A DNA stretch of 64,000 nucleotides, from the NCBI GenBank assembly GCA_043228905.1, contig JBHGNT010000006.1, positions 4,154,001 to 4,218,000 on the forward strand, read 5' to 3'. A program made the position numbers and the translations under genes. Below the pieces are notes generated by a model. That model was not told where the DNA came from and searched no databases. It was given only the letters and a program-made list of their open reading frames with translations. The DNA comes from Azolla caroliniana. Taxonomy: Eukaryota; Plantae; Polypodiophyta. This document shows, in pieces, positions 1 through 18,336 of this stretch. Within the stretch, counting starts at the first letter, position 1. Each line of letters begins with the position of its first letter.

Positions 1-383
1 AGAACAGATGTCACCATGGATCTCTCCTCAATCTATCTAGGTCGTTGATCTGGGTTTTGATTTGGTGAGAGAGGAGGGGGGAGAGCATACAAGCGGAAAC
101 AGGAACAGGGTTAGAGGATATGGTGTGTGAGGAACAGAGGAAGGGGGGGGGGAGTACAGAAATAGGGTATGCGGATATGGTGTGTAAAACAGAGGAAAGG
201 AAAGTGGGGGAACAGGGGAGGGGGGAAGGGGGAAGGGATAAAGGAAAGTGAAGGGAAGGGAAGAGGAAGATGTGTGGAAGGTTCTTTCTCTTTTCTTCTC
301 TCACATTTAACACTAAAAAGCTCAGTCAAATGGGGAGAGTGAGAAAGTGAAGGGATATGTGATATATTCAGCTAACTCTTTTA

Positions 384-740
384 TGTAGTAATAGTAGTAA
401 AGTAGTGGTAGAAGTAGTAGTAGAAGTAGTTCACACGATAAAGAAAGAGAAGACCGCAGTCCCTATCTGTCGAGGGCTTCCTTAATGTCCACCTTCGTGA
501 CCACCACAAATCGGCTATGTCCACCACAACTCAGTTTCCGAAATGGAGAAGAGAAGCTCACGTCTTCGTCGCCTACGTTATTGTATAGCTACACCATGGG
601 CTTGAAATCGGGCACATGCCACATAGGTAAGTGAAAAACTTGGTGCATCGCTAGGTTTAAACCCTTTCGTGTGCTCATGTCGGGGATATCGATCAGTTTA
701 GACTATTATATCAACTATTTAGAAGCCAAGAGCTCGATTT
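384..740 (-). mobile_element. Possible 3' end of an RTE-group LINE with (ACT)n tail
   Basis: CpG-rich block ending, on the minus strand, in a degenerate (CTA/ACT)n run. No clear protein motif. Confidence 0.3.
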
Positions 741-1722
741 ACTAATGTCAGATGTAGTTTAGGAAAGAGTGTCATATGGTGTACCGTGTAAATATACATA
801 TGTGTAGAGAGAGAAGAATAGAGGGGAGAGAGAGTGTGTGTGTGCGCGCAGGGGGGGGTGTGTGGGTGTGCATGCACCCAATAGATGGTTGTATGAAGGC
901 TTTGAAGATCATGAAGTCAACAAATGTATGTGAAAGTGAAGTGTATTCAAGTCTTGTGCTTTTCTTTTGGGGTTCATCTTTACGCCAATGGCAATCCAAT
1001 CCCCAATAGTAAACTGCAAGAATCTTGAAAGATCATATAACTTTTGTGATCATAACAATAACCACAACCATATTATTAAGAGCATGTGGCATAAAAGAAA
1101 CTTTCATCTCATACAACTCTTATCGCTCAATGCACAATGGTAGTGATGTTCAAGGTAATTTGATTATTCCAATTAATGTGTGATCAAGGAAGGACTAGTG
1201 TGTCATAGTATAGTGCTTGATCATCCTTCTTACAAAACATATCTAGGGAACCACTTGCATTATGTTACTAACCTACATGTGTGTGGGATGAATGATGTAT
1301 TTTTAGTGTATATTTCTAAAAATAAAACTAGTGCATAAAGAGAGCATCAATATGTGGACTTTGCATTATTTTAGCGGTTGATGTTGCTCCAATCTTGTAA
1401 TATAATCCTTGCCATGTTTAGGAGATGATAACATGATGAAATCATACTTCATATTCTGAAACTTCCTGCCTTTGTGGTCTGCTCGCAGTAAATCACTCAA
1501 TACCTCATGCTGTATTTCATGTTTGGTAGTTTTTTCTTACAACATTCCTCAAGGGCTCTTCACCCATTTTTTACATGGATCAAACCTTGGGCTTTATGGA
1601 TTGGATGGATGTTGGACAACCAACTACATACATTTTTGTTCACCTATTTTCGACATATTTTGAACAATGAAATTATTGTTTGTGCCATCCTTGCATTCTT
1701 GTTATTTCAAAAGAAATTGAAT

Positions 1723-1760
<38 letters not shown>

Positions 1761-4700
1761 AGGGTTGATTATTATTTGGCTATAATTTATGTCAGAGGGG
1801 TTTTCATGGTTTTAACCTCAAAGTGAGGTTTTCCCACCATCATATAATGTATCAGAAAGATGTGTGTGCGTGAGGTGGTATTTTTAGACATGAAAGTAAC
1901 CAACATAGACACCATAATTTTTAATTTATACAAGTATTTGCAAGGTAATTGGGATGTGTGTTCTTGCCCTTGCATGTGTTTGCCACTATTAGTGTCAGCC
2001 CAAATTCGTGTCATTTATGTGTATGTAATCACGTGTGTCGTTATTTATGTTTTTGCCTATGTTTGTGTGACTAGACATGTGTACAATGATATATAGTATA
2101 GTGCATGGTTGTAAATTATTGGTTATTCGTTGGAATTTGATTTGATCCATTTGCCCTTAATGCTTACTTTCGAAATTGGAGAAAATTGAGCCTACATCGC
2201 ATTGTAAAAAAAAGTCCTTCCTTCTAAATAATTCTACTCACCTTACAATAATTTCAAGGATTTTGTGGATATCGTTTTTTTTAGTACAATTTTTGTACAC
2301 AGAAGGTTTAATTGTCAATGCATTACTCGGAACATAATAAAGCCTTTTTCATGCTTTCATCATGTGTGCATGGTCTCCTTTTCCTGAGCTTATGTGATTG
2401 TATGTAGTAAGCATTGATAATTAATTCACAGATCATGAACTGTTTCTTCGTTGCATAATAACAAATTTCTAAACATAACATTTCTTGGTACATCATTCAT
2501 AAGAAATCCTACCTTTTTAAAAGGAATATTTTTTTATTGTAAAACTTTGATTGTTTTAGTATTTCATTGACATCACGCATGACGATCATACATAATTTAT
2601 TATTATGCAAATTGATTGATTAGATCTACTATAAGCTTTAGTCTAATGTCTGTATATAACCAGAAGTCAAATGTTTATTTTTTTAATCAAAAGCATTAAA
2701 ACACGTAGTATTAAATAATTAGAAATTCCAAGTATAAGGAGCTTTCGATAAACAACATGGAGGACACACTTGATCACAAGCGAGGCACAAAAAGGAAAGA
2801 TAAAATAGAAGGCAACCATGTCAATTTGATGACACGAGTGTGGACGAGAGCCAACGAAAGTGTGGGTGACAGACTTTTTCATAAACAAGCCTTTTGCCTT
2901 GGGGGACAATTTAAAACTAGCAACTAGTCGAAAGTATGTCCCATCACCAAGATCACAAGTTTTGTAATGTATTTAAACATTATGTTAGTCCTTGTACATA
3001 ATAAACTATAACTCGACAAGAATGCAAGTATGTGTAGTGTTAGGCAATCTTTTCTATAGTAGGACGTTTTCAAGTATTTTTGGTTAAATCCATCCACGTG
3101 AATTATTGCTTTCTAGATCATTCTAAAGGAAGTCATACAATAAGCAACGATGTCAACCTTTTGCTCCTTTCCCATTCATAACCATATGTATCCATTAACG
3201 AAGCTTTATAATTGCTTTAAAAAAATGTTGAATGGATTGTTTCCTCGATTGTTGAGACTCTTTTAGAAGCAACAGTACGGAAACGACTTTCTGTCCTTAA
3301 AAAAAAGTAGAATTCCTTCCATTAGTCTCCTCTCTAGAATGGAATAGTTTTTAGTTTGTAGTTGTTTTTTTTTCCTTTCTCTATTGTTTATTGCCATGTA
3401 ATAGCTTTTTATCTCTTCCTCACTAATCGTAGGGCAATCATGCAAAGCTTTACTTAACATTGTTTTAACTTTTCTTTGTAAGGAATGACTTCTCTCAATA
3501 CATTGCTTCATTTTGCTCTGCCTATATAGTGTAAAGAAAAATGTTCCAATGCTTACAAGTGTCTCGTAATCATCCACACCTATATGGCAAAAACGTATTG
3601 TATGTCCAATTGACTTTCTCTATTCTATGTGGTCTCCATGAGAGCCTCATTTGAATTTACCATATGTATCTCTTCCATAAACCTTGGTTCTTGCTCATCG
3701 AAATTGTACTAGAAAGACAATGAAATGTACCCATGAATTATTTTTTAATAATTGGGGATCTAAAGGGTATATGAGTATATTATGTGAACACACACAATAT
3801 TGATTAGGCGTTGATAAGAAGGATAGGCAGAAGCCCACAAGCCCACAAACCATGCACGTGTTATGGGGTCCAATTGTGGGTAAGCACCTTCCCCACTAGG
3901 TGTATTTATATGCAATAATGAGTGGAAAAAAGCGACCAAGGTGGGCTTATTTTAAGGAGTGTTGTGTTGTATCATACATTTTATTTGTGGTGGTTGATGT
4001 ACTACAATTCATTGGAAGTTGTCATTGCGTTTTTTGTACTAGTATTGTGCTAGTCAACGAACATGTACTAGTACTGCCTCAATAGTTTACTTTGTACAAT
4101 GAATTCTCAATGTAGTTGAATGTAAACATAAATTACAGTTAAAAAACATTTTCCCACTCTATTCTATTTCCTAGAGCTATACATTTGGAACGAAGAAAAC
4201 AAAACCCAGTCAACACAAATTTCTAGAGTGTATGTTCATAACTTACCTTTGATGTCTATACCAATTTGTATTAAATGTATGACATTGTATAACAAATAAA
4301 ATATTGTTTAAACACTTCCAAATTGTGTACCAAAGAGGTACATAGATAAAAACAAGTGATTTTGATCTAACCAAGCTCTTAGTTTCACAACATGAACGAG
4401 ATTTGTGCTCAATACATTCACTTCACTTAAGGTCTCACATATTGACAAAAGTTATATTACTTTATTTCGCAAAAAGGGGTAGGTTGGGTATCATGTCATG
4501 TCCTTGATAATTAAGCAATGGGCTCTAACCATGTTGGTAATGGCTCTTCGCTTTGTCATATATATTTTCACAATATCTTTGCCTCATTTCATTAAAAATT
4601 GTACAACCTTGGGGTATAAATCATATTCATTAATAGGTTGAATCCGCTATCTAACTACTATTGTCCATGATCTCATATATTTATTTATTGTTAAGGATAT

Positions 4701-5902
4701 TTTAATTCTCTTATATGAGATGCAATGTGTTCATATTTTGTTCTAGGATCTAGTTTGTGCTAGCATTTCGGTTTTGTTTTGCAAAAAAAGTGATAACATC
4801 AATGTTGTATGACCCATTGTGCATGAGCTCAAAGTAAAAGTAGTTAAAAGATGCACCATTGGTTCCCTAAATCCCAAAACCTATTGCAAGGTACAAGATA
4901 CATTGTGGACAACTTGCGCTATAAGGCAATCTTGGGGAAACAACAAGTTAGTTGAGCACAATCTAGTTGTGTGAATTGAGACAATGGCTTGGAATGCATC
5001 CATTCTCACTAAGTTGCATTTGTATTTATTCACCTAGGAGAACATGAGCTATTGCTCTTTGTTGCAACTAATATGTGTATTTTGATATCATGTGCATTCA
5101 ATAATATATTGTTGTTCTCTAAGGCATTGAACCAATTTTAAATGGTTAATTGTCAATGTCAAACCTCTTAATCCCTCATAATCTAATCCGCACATTGTCT
5201 AGTTGTCTAGAACGTTGTTATCTCATGCCGAGAAGTAAAAATGATGCCACAAACTAAAACTATCCTCAATCTTGCCGTAACAATTATATTGGGCAATTAA
5301 CTTACCCCTATCTTCCCAATCAAGAAGGTGATGCCAAAAGTTCCATCTGAAACGAAACAATTTACCTTTTATATATTGCCATCAACTGTTAAGAAACCAA
5401 GCATAATATAGATCATCATGAACCAATAAGTTGTCCTATTATAACCAATCTTGATATCTTAGCATTTTATCATTTGTAACATGTTGCCAAGAGTTCCATG
5501 TAGTGCTTTGCCCATGAGATATGCCAAGCATCCAAATAAATATAAGTCAATATTCATGTCAAGGTTATGTTTTTATCTTACTCAACATACACTTATTCCA
5601 AGTGTGGCCCTCACACATACATGATTCCACACCATCCAAATGGGGGGGAAAGCAAGGTACCCTTGAATTCAAGTAAGTTGCTTGGGGTATTTCAAGGAAG
5701 TTTCTGCTAAAAACTACTTTATTGACTTTACAAACACCTACTACACTTATAAATCCTATAGATAGACAATGCTTGAACATTACAAACATACTAGCCAAAT
5801 TTGAGACTTATTATTATCAAATAACATGCCCAAAAACACCCAAAAATTTCATGAATGAGTAAACATCAGAGAGTTAGGTTACTACATTAGAGTTAAATTA
5901 AA

Positions 5903-10577
<4,675 letters not shown>

Positions 10578-10618
10578 TGCTTTGGATACCACATCAATCA
10601 AACAAAGAAAACCTCTGT

Positions 10619-10700
10619 TTCTTCTTCTTCTTCTTCTTCTTCTTCTTCTTCTTCTTCTTCTTCTTCTTCTTCTTCTTCCTCTTCCTCCTGCTCCTCCTCT
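10619..10700. repeat. (CTT)n/(AAG)n microsatellite just upstream of the GLR start codon
   Basis: About 20 perfect CTT units grading into CCT, seen directly. Confidence 0.95.
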
Positions 10701-10936
10701 TCATTGATAGGAGGTCACGATTATTGACTAGGGTTGTGTGCATCCCTGTGGTCGTCTGATCATGCATGGAAAACATGGCCATGGAAAAAACAAGTTAATT
10801 TATATGATGAGCTAAGCAATAACAGAAAGATATGTGGGTGTGGGTCTGCGTGTGTGCATCAGGATTCAGAACAGAGCAAGGCTTGCTATTCAACTAAAAC
10901 AAAAGAAAAAAAGATGGCTTTAGCAACTAACAACTA

Positions 10937-11000
10937 CAAGTGAGAAAGTATTGTCTTGTCAGTTGACATACACACATTCCACACATGTTGAAAACTGAGG

Positions 11001-11031
<31 letters not shown>

Positions 11032-11112
11032 TAAGTGAGAAAGTTTTGTCTTGTCAATTGACATACACACATTCCACACATGTTGAAAAGTGAGGATATG
11101 TATGTATGTATA
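10937..11112. repeat. ~95-bp tandem duplication with (TATG)n in the GLR upstream region
   Basis: AAGTGAGAAAGT.TTGTCTTGTCA.TTGACATACACACATTCCACACATGTTGAAAA.TGAGGATATGTATG occurs twice. Confidence 0.85.
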
Positions 11113-11294
11113 CATATGTATTATGTATGTATATGTAGTGTGTACATTAACATGCATACTTATCCATAGAGCTATCATCAATGATATTTCTCACCCCTCA
11201 CCGAAAGTCTCTTGCATCCATAGACTATCAATGTGAACCCTCCTCCCTCTGTGGCCAACAATTAAGGAAAGAACATAATCGGCAATCCCTTTGA

Positions 11295-12620
11295 TGTTTT
11301 CTTTTCTTTATGCACCGTATGGCTTTCAACCGTACAATCATATGTCCGAGCCTTCCAATGGGCAAACCTCGGCATGTCGCATATGCCCAGGCCTTCTAAC
11401 CTACAAGTGAATTAAGACACGAAATATACAAGGTGGATATCTTACTCACCTCCCAACCATAGAACCAATATAGATTCACCATTCGTACAATCATATGTCT
11501 GAGTCTTCCAATGGGCAAACCTCGGCATGTCGCATATGCCCATGCCTTCCAACCTACAAGTGAAGTGAGACACGAAATATACAAGCATGCTTATAATACA
11601 AGGCGGATATCTTACTCACCTCCCAATCATAGAACCAATACAGATTCACCATTCGTACAATCATATGTTTGAGCCTTCCAATGGGTAAACCTCGGCATGT
11701 CGTATATGCCCATGCCTTCCAACCTACAAATGAATTAAGACACGAAATATACAAGATGCTTATAATACAAGGAGGATATCTTACTCACCTCCCAACCATA
11801 GAGCCAATACAGATTCACCCCCAATCCTTAGAGCTCGTCACAAACATCCCATTATGGAGAAACGGGGCCTTCTTCCAATAGGCAATAAATTCGAGGCGTT
11901 GCAACACTGCAACATCTGTCTCACCTTTAATATCCTCATACCGCCCTTTCAAGGTATGCACCATCTCCATCCAGAGATTCCGTACACTTTCCACTGGTTG
12001 AACAGTAGTATTACCAAACACCTTAGAACACCTAACAATCCAAATAAACCACATTGCGGTGGTGCATAGTAGCTCCCATACTTCTTGCATTGCCTTTAAC
12101 ATGTAAGGAGCTTCCATATTACTTTGTTGCACCACCATTATCATTCCTCTTTGAATTCTAATAATCGTGTCATTTGGACATGCCTCATATGGCCACATCA
12201 TTTGTGTCATTGTAGCCCATACTACCATACCCCACGAAAAACTGCAATCCCTAAACATAAAGGCTAGAACTCGAAACACTCATCTCCAAACTTGTTGTGC
12301 AACATGACAATCCCACAAGCAATTTTCAATGTCTCCATCTGACAACTACAATAGATGCATGCGGTCGGCCCAACTAATTGTTGTAGCCACTGGCCAACTG
12401 GTAATGCTCTATGTATTACTAGCCATTGGAAGACATTTATTTTCATATCTTGCTTCCTTTTCCATAATGTTCTCCAAAACTTTGCTAGGAATTCGGATGT
12501 GATCCCTTGATGGGTCCAAAATTGACTAACTCGTGGTGTAGTCCTATGTTGAGCTCGCATTACAAAATTCAAGACCCAAATGGTGCTTAGCACCACCAGT
12601 ATGGTTGTTCCCACCACCAA
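11295..12620 (-). mobile_element. 5'-truncated L1-clade LINE relic (zf-RVT / ORF2 C-terminus)
   Basis: FWRTLWKRKQDMKINVFQWLVIHRALPV...CIYCSCQMET (zf-RVT-like) and AMWFIWIVRCSKVF (WxIWxxRxxxF). Frameshifted. A-rich 3' end near 11295-11310. Confidence 0.8.
11331..11819. repeat. Three tandem copies (153-170 bp) of the LINE 3' end
   Basis: Units start CGTACAATCATATG at 11331, 11484 and 11654, and are highly similar. Confidence 0.92.
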
Positions 12621-13629
12621 TCACATAACTTGGTTAAGGAGTGGTGGAGTGTTCATACTATTTATCCTTGAGGGATGGGACCTATGCAACATATCAATGG
12701 TAGCTTGATGGTAGGTTAGCTTTATTGTAATAATTGTTCATAACTAATGAAAGGATATTTTCCAGGAAAAGAAAAGATAAAAACAAAAAAAAAACATCCC
12801 ATTATGGCTCCTAAGATCAACATTCCATATGATTGTTCTACTTCTATAGAATGTGAGAGTATAAAATTCTAAATCTATAATACAAAAATGGTGATGAAAC
12901 ATTCAAGGTGCTTTAGGCACTATACATGCATTACCAAGCCATTGCATTTGTCACATGTAAACACCCAACCATATGTTTAGATACATAACACGACACTCAA
13001 TATTTTAAATGTGGTACTCAACGATTTTATAGGCATCACTCAATTGTCTTAATGACGTTTCCATTCAATCGATTATTCTAGAAAAGTTACATAATGGAAA
13101 CATACATCAGACATTGGTGAGAAAATGCCAAGTTCTTGTTTGACTAACGCGAACCCTCTAAACGAGACTTAGGCTTGGAGGGTGATGGTATTTGATATTC
13201 TGGTGATTGTCATCTTATAGAGTGAGAGAGAGAACTATTGTGCATGACTTTGATATCTATTACTTTACATTCACGATGGCGTTGTGGATTGAATATGTGT
13301 TACCCAATTGTGTCTAATAGTGTCATGTCTTTGTCCTGATATGTCATTGGTGAAGGATCTTTAGTTAGGTTAAACTTTGTCCTAATATGTCTTGTCCAAC
13401 AATGAGCTAAGAACAATAGGTTTGGCTATAACTAGCTAAGGATGAAGAGATTTGTAAGACTTGACAATACTTTTAAGGATGCGGAGCAGAAACAATGGTC
13501 TTCGAGAAATCTGGAGGGGACCAACTAAGGTGGGAGATCTTAATCACTTGACGATGGTTGCCATGCCATGGATTATCATTGTACACATAAGCAATTGACT
13601 CATTGCACACAAGAAGCTCTGAAATGGAG

Positions 13630-13835
13630 TTCATGACTCTAAAGACAGGAGGCTCAAATATCAAGAAGTTCAATGACATAGAACTTTGCCATACAAAAGA
13701 ATTAGATCTAGGACGTTTCAATTTAGAGGCAATAATGAAAGTTGGTCGATTGGAAAAAACATGAGAACGTGATCAATGAAGAATGGGAAGATCTCACTTA
13801 GAAAGCAATGTCAATGACCTAACTTCATCTTACTA
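13630..13835 (+). mobile_element. Degenerate Copia gag N-terminal fragment
   Basis: Broken peptides NIKKFND and EEWEDL.*KAMS.. LHL resemble the Copia gag start. Confidence 0.4.
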
Positions 13836-14602
13836 ACAACTTTGGCACAAGTTCAACTTTATATCGATTAATTGTACCATGGGAACTATATTTTATCTTA
13901 CAGACAAACCCACAAACAATTATATTTTCACATCTAATCATCAGCTTTGATTCACGTGTGCTATTTTTTTGTGATGCATCCATTTCTTCATTGTATGGCT
14001 TCCCGCCATTTCCTTTTTATAACATGCATCTTCACATGTTCAATTTTTTATACAAACAAACAAAGTTATGCAAGTGATGCATCATATTTAACCTATCCGT
14101 AAGTGTTTTTTACCCATTGGCTGAAACTCGTTATGTTCAAAAGAATTCACTACAAGATGACTTCACAACCTTCAAAAAAGAAGCTCCTATAAAATTTTGT
14201 AATATGAATATCCCACAACATCATACGTTTTAACGAGCTCTTTAAATGTTCAAACTTTATCTGCAAGATATACAAAATTCAAGCTTGACATCAAAATTGA
14301 TGCAAAGATGTTACTCGTCCATGAGTGAGAGGTTTTCATTTTCATTAAAAGTTATTCGCTAGTTTGAACATTGTGCAATGCACTTTGAATATTGTCAAGG
14401 TTGTGCTTCACACACTTTGTGAATAACCATCTGGCTTCTATTCATGAGTAGAGGAGTACTAGGGTTTCAAGATTGAGAAATAAAAATGTGTTTTAATGGA
14501 CATAGCACAAATTATCATTCAATTATATAATTACAATTGTTCTTCTTCCTCTTCTTCTTTAGCTTTTGTAGACCACTTTTTTCATTTATGTCTCTTTTAG
14601 GT

Positions 14603-14700
14603 CTTTGACACACCTTTTAGCGACACAAATTAGGTATTAATATAGGTTCTCACCCATGCTAGGATGGGTGAGCACTTAGTGTCGCTTGGTGTTTGTAAAG
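14603..14700. mobile_element. Small fold-back element (MITE-like)
   Basis: Arms CTTTGACACACC..AGCGACAC and GTGTCGCT.GGTGTTTGTAAAG enclose an inner CTCACCCAT/ATGGGTGAG palindrome. Confidence 0.45.
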
Positions 14701-15449
14701 CTCACACATATTCATGTGTATTTCTACATCATTCATGTTCCAACTAGAAATAGGCATATTAGCTTGCAATATATATGACTATAACAACTACCTCGTCAAT
14801 ACTCACACATATTGCTTTATTTACACAAAGGGTGTGGACTTTGAAACTCGCATTTTGTTTTTCTTTGCAAATATAAAAAACCTAGTAATACTCGGAAAGG
14901 AGATAAAGTGCTCACCTTTGAGATTGTTTCAACTTCACACTATGGCCCATTGGCAACACAACAAATGTTTATCACACGTGTTCATTGGTGAGTTTTAAGG
15001 AATAAAATGTTCTCAACACTAGTCTGCTTTGTGTTGTGGCCTGTGGGTTTATTTCATAATCCATATAATGGAGGAGATAATGAGGGAAATATGTAATATG
15101 TAAGAAAGAGAATACATGTAAAGTTTATATATTATTCTATTTCTCACATTAGTGTATTCCTCTTAGTGTTCATTATATAGAGATCATCGTGCATTCATAG
15201 TTGAGTTGTGTTTTGTTCATTTGGCCCAAGCATATCAATAGAGGTTTTTGTATGACTACGTCATGAACACCGCCTATGATAGGCACCATGTACTCTTGGT
15301 TCACATCTATCAATTGGAGAGCATTGATGCCTAAAGCTAACATCCAAGAGACGTGATCACTTGTCGATGAAACAATGATACAATCATATCTATAGGATTA
15401 CTTTATAGATTGCTCACATGCAACTAGCACCCATATCAATGTATAGGGA

Positions 15450-15960
15450 TGTCATAACAATGTGCAGAGAAGTTTGAAGACTACATCCCCTCGTTTACAG
15501 GAGATTTGGATGTTGATCGCAAGCTTCACCCTTTGATATGTGTGGAAAGCACGTTGCCTAAAGGCATTCCAAGCTCCGGTATGCTCCCCAGAGGAATTGA
15601 TCATATGGATATTTGGTCTGTGATTATCAGTTGTCCACGAGGGCAATTGGACGAGGTTTGCAGCCACTTTGATGATGTGGCCATTGTCGCTTACACTTTT
15701 GGCCGAAATGGAGGAACATGTTGATGGTGATGCAAGGAGGAAATGACCCGAGGTGGAACTACCAACCCCCACGCTAGTTGTTTCCTACTTACCTCCCTCC
15801 GTTGAAGGGCAGAGGATTGGACTCGTGCTAGCCAGCGATGATTGTCACTAGTTTATAGCTCTAGATACCTACTTACATTAAGTAAAAAGTAAGAGAGGAT
15901 ATGTACACATTCTCATATTCTTGAACTCGTCCGGGGGTGATTCCCCATTTTCTTGTATAA
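15450..15960 (+). mobile_element. L1-clade LINE 3' relic
   Basis: EIWMLIASFTL*YVWKARCLKAF, then frameshifted DIWSVIISC.RGQLDEV and RWNYQPPR*LF. This resembles the C-terminus of the 11.3-12.6 kb LINE. Confidence 0.65.
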
Positions 15961-17716
15961 TCTTTCTGTAAAAATCTCCTAACTAAAAGGAAAGTAGGTC
16001 TTTTTTGGACCATTTTCTCTTATTACTATATATGTGAATCATGACTTAGACAAATAGTCTTGTGAACCCCATTGTTTATAATACAAGTCTTAGAAAATTG
16101 TGGATATGATGCATGTTGCACTTGCTTGTGATTAGTCATATATGAAAATTATTAATCCCATCACTTCTATTGTATATAGTTGCATCATACTCTCCAAAAA
16201 TGCCCCAATTGTACCCTCACATGGTACCATGGTACTCATCATGTTCAATTACATCGACCTCAAATTCATGTGTCTCGTGAGTTAGCATGTGGATGCTACA
16301 TCCCACTTAATGGACATATTGTGTACATATACAATGTTAATTCACAATTACGAATTGTCTTACGTTTTCCCACTACTGCCTCACGTACTTTCTAAATCAC
16401 AAACATACCATCCACTTAAGAACATGCTCACACAACATTCCTCCATTTATTTTCTTTTGCTTTTGCTTTTTATGTTTTGAATAAACAAAGAGTTAATGGT
16501 TTTCTCAAATAAAACCAATGTAACTCAACTCGCTTTACAAGTGCTTGCTCTCATAATCTTAGATTACCATATCATTCTTTATTGTAAGTTTCGTTGATTT
16601 TTCGGTTTTTGCTTTTCAAGAAATAGGTAAATTATTAATTATGGTCTCCAATAAACATGTGAACATGCATTTAACAACCATGAACTCGACACATTGTTCC
16701 CATGCTCTCAATGAGCTTTGGCCGCACTAGAAATATGAATTCATGTCTACCACAAAAATCAATGGTTTTCTTGAAAAAGAATCATGTGCACTACCCATTT
16801 AGTGCATGCTTATATGCAACCTCACATATACATACAACATTGACTTTACACTTTTATCCCACATCCCAAACTCTTAATGGTCTTTGTCCACCCTTTAAAT
16901 ATGAATGCATGCATCGTGAGTATCCCCACTCACCACCTTCCTTAAATCCTTTCAATTTTTCAAATCCTAACCAACAAAATTACCCAATTACATGTGGGTG
17001 ATAGGATTTTTTGTGCAACATGTTTATTGTTGTAATATTTGATCAATTACATGAGAAAGGTGGCATTCCTTCTTGAAGATGAATAAGTACATTTTACTTG
17101 CACATTATCGCACATTAACCCAATTATGAGTGAGCGATAGGGATTCATTCACAACATATTTGTTGTTATCATCGAATACATTTTCACATCTTGGACATGG
17201 CGTTGCCCGTATTGGTGTGGCGTTCAATTTTTAGGTATTTTGTTTATTCATGACAATAGTTGTCCCTTATGCCTCAATTTAGGAAGATTTTGTTTAGGAA
17301 CCAAAGTAATCGAACAAACTCAAAAAGAAAATGGTACTCTAAGTCGTGATAAATACTAGGTTTACTTTTCCTATGTGTGTATCCATTGGTCACAGACATT
17401 GAAGAACAAATTTTTGTGAGGGCTTCAACTAATTGATCGAGATCACCGGAAAAATATAGCCACTTTGGTTAAGGCTATTATTCCATGCATACCCTTTTAT
17501 ACATGCTTGAGTCCAAAGAAGGCCAAATAGATGTGCATAATCAAGTTTATATGAATTATGGTTGTTAAGAACCTCTTACTAAACAATAGACCAAATTGAA
17601 GTAAAAAAGGTAAATGGATTGAATAGAGGAACCGACCACTCCAAATCTATGATCGAGACATATTCAACCTACGATTGATTTCCCATACCGACGAATATTA
17701 GGATGACTAGTTGCTC

Positions 17717-18336
17717 TGGAAGAAGGTTGTAGGTGATCCATCATATCTTCCAAACAAGGTGAAAAGGCTAGGTAGGAAATCTGACATGAATTAGTCTTTT
17801 GGGACCCGTGGATGAAATTTTCTTTGATACCTACGATAGATTTGTACCAGTCAATGAACCTTCATTGGATCAATGTTATATATCCAGTAGCTATGATGCA
17901 ACCACCCATTTTGAGACCGTTGTGGAAGATGTTTTGGCAATGTATACAGCTATCACTGGAAAGGTTTTGGATTTGTCTATGGATGTAAGTGTAACTGATG
18001 AGTGTTTCTTTTTGCCATCTCTCTTTATGGGAGACATACAGTTCATTACAGAGCCAAATTGCAATATTTTTTTCTCCATATGTTAAGAACAACCAGATTT
18101 TCTGGTGTCTTGCATAGGGTTTGCCAAGGACAATGATCAAGATTAGGAATGATTATTATGGTGGAGAGTCAACATCTCTCAATCTTACACATTTGTGGTC
18201 CAAATTTAGAGGAAGTGACAAGCCTCCTATGTTTAAAGCCGTTGATGGGAGCTATGTTTTTAACAAAGGGAAGATCCACAAGGTTCCTGCTACAGATGTA
18301 GTAGCATTGAAGTCTCTCCTCATGGGTCTATTTGAG
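17717..18336 (+). pseudogene. GDI: Rearranged Rab GDP-dissociation inhibitor pseudogene fragments
   Basis: Segments KKVVGDPSYLPNKV, LGRKSDM, LLGPVDEIFFDTYDRF...SYDATTHFE...LDLS, RNDYYGGESTSLNL...KFRG and FKAVDGSYVFNKGKIHKVPAT...MGLFE are all recognisable plant Rab-GDI motifs. They are out of order and have internal deletions. Confidence 0.9.

Noticed and set aside
2900-5550. 104-aa ORF at 3263-3577 and surrounding sequence as a gene
   Set aside because: No recognisable domain or exon structure; probably decayed repeat DNA.
11331-11819. CRISPR-like array
   Set aside because: Whole 150-170 bp units are duplicated with no unique spacers, in a eukaryotic LINE context.
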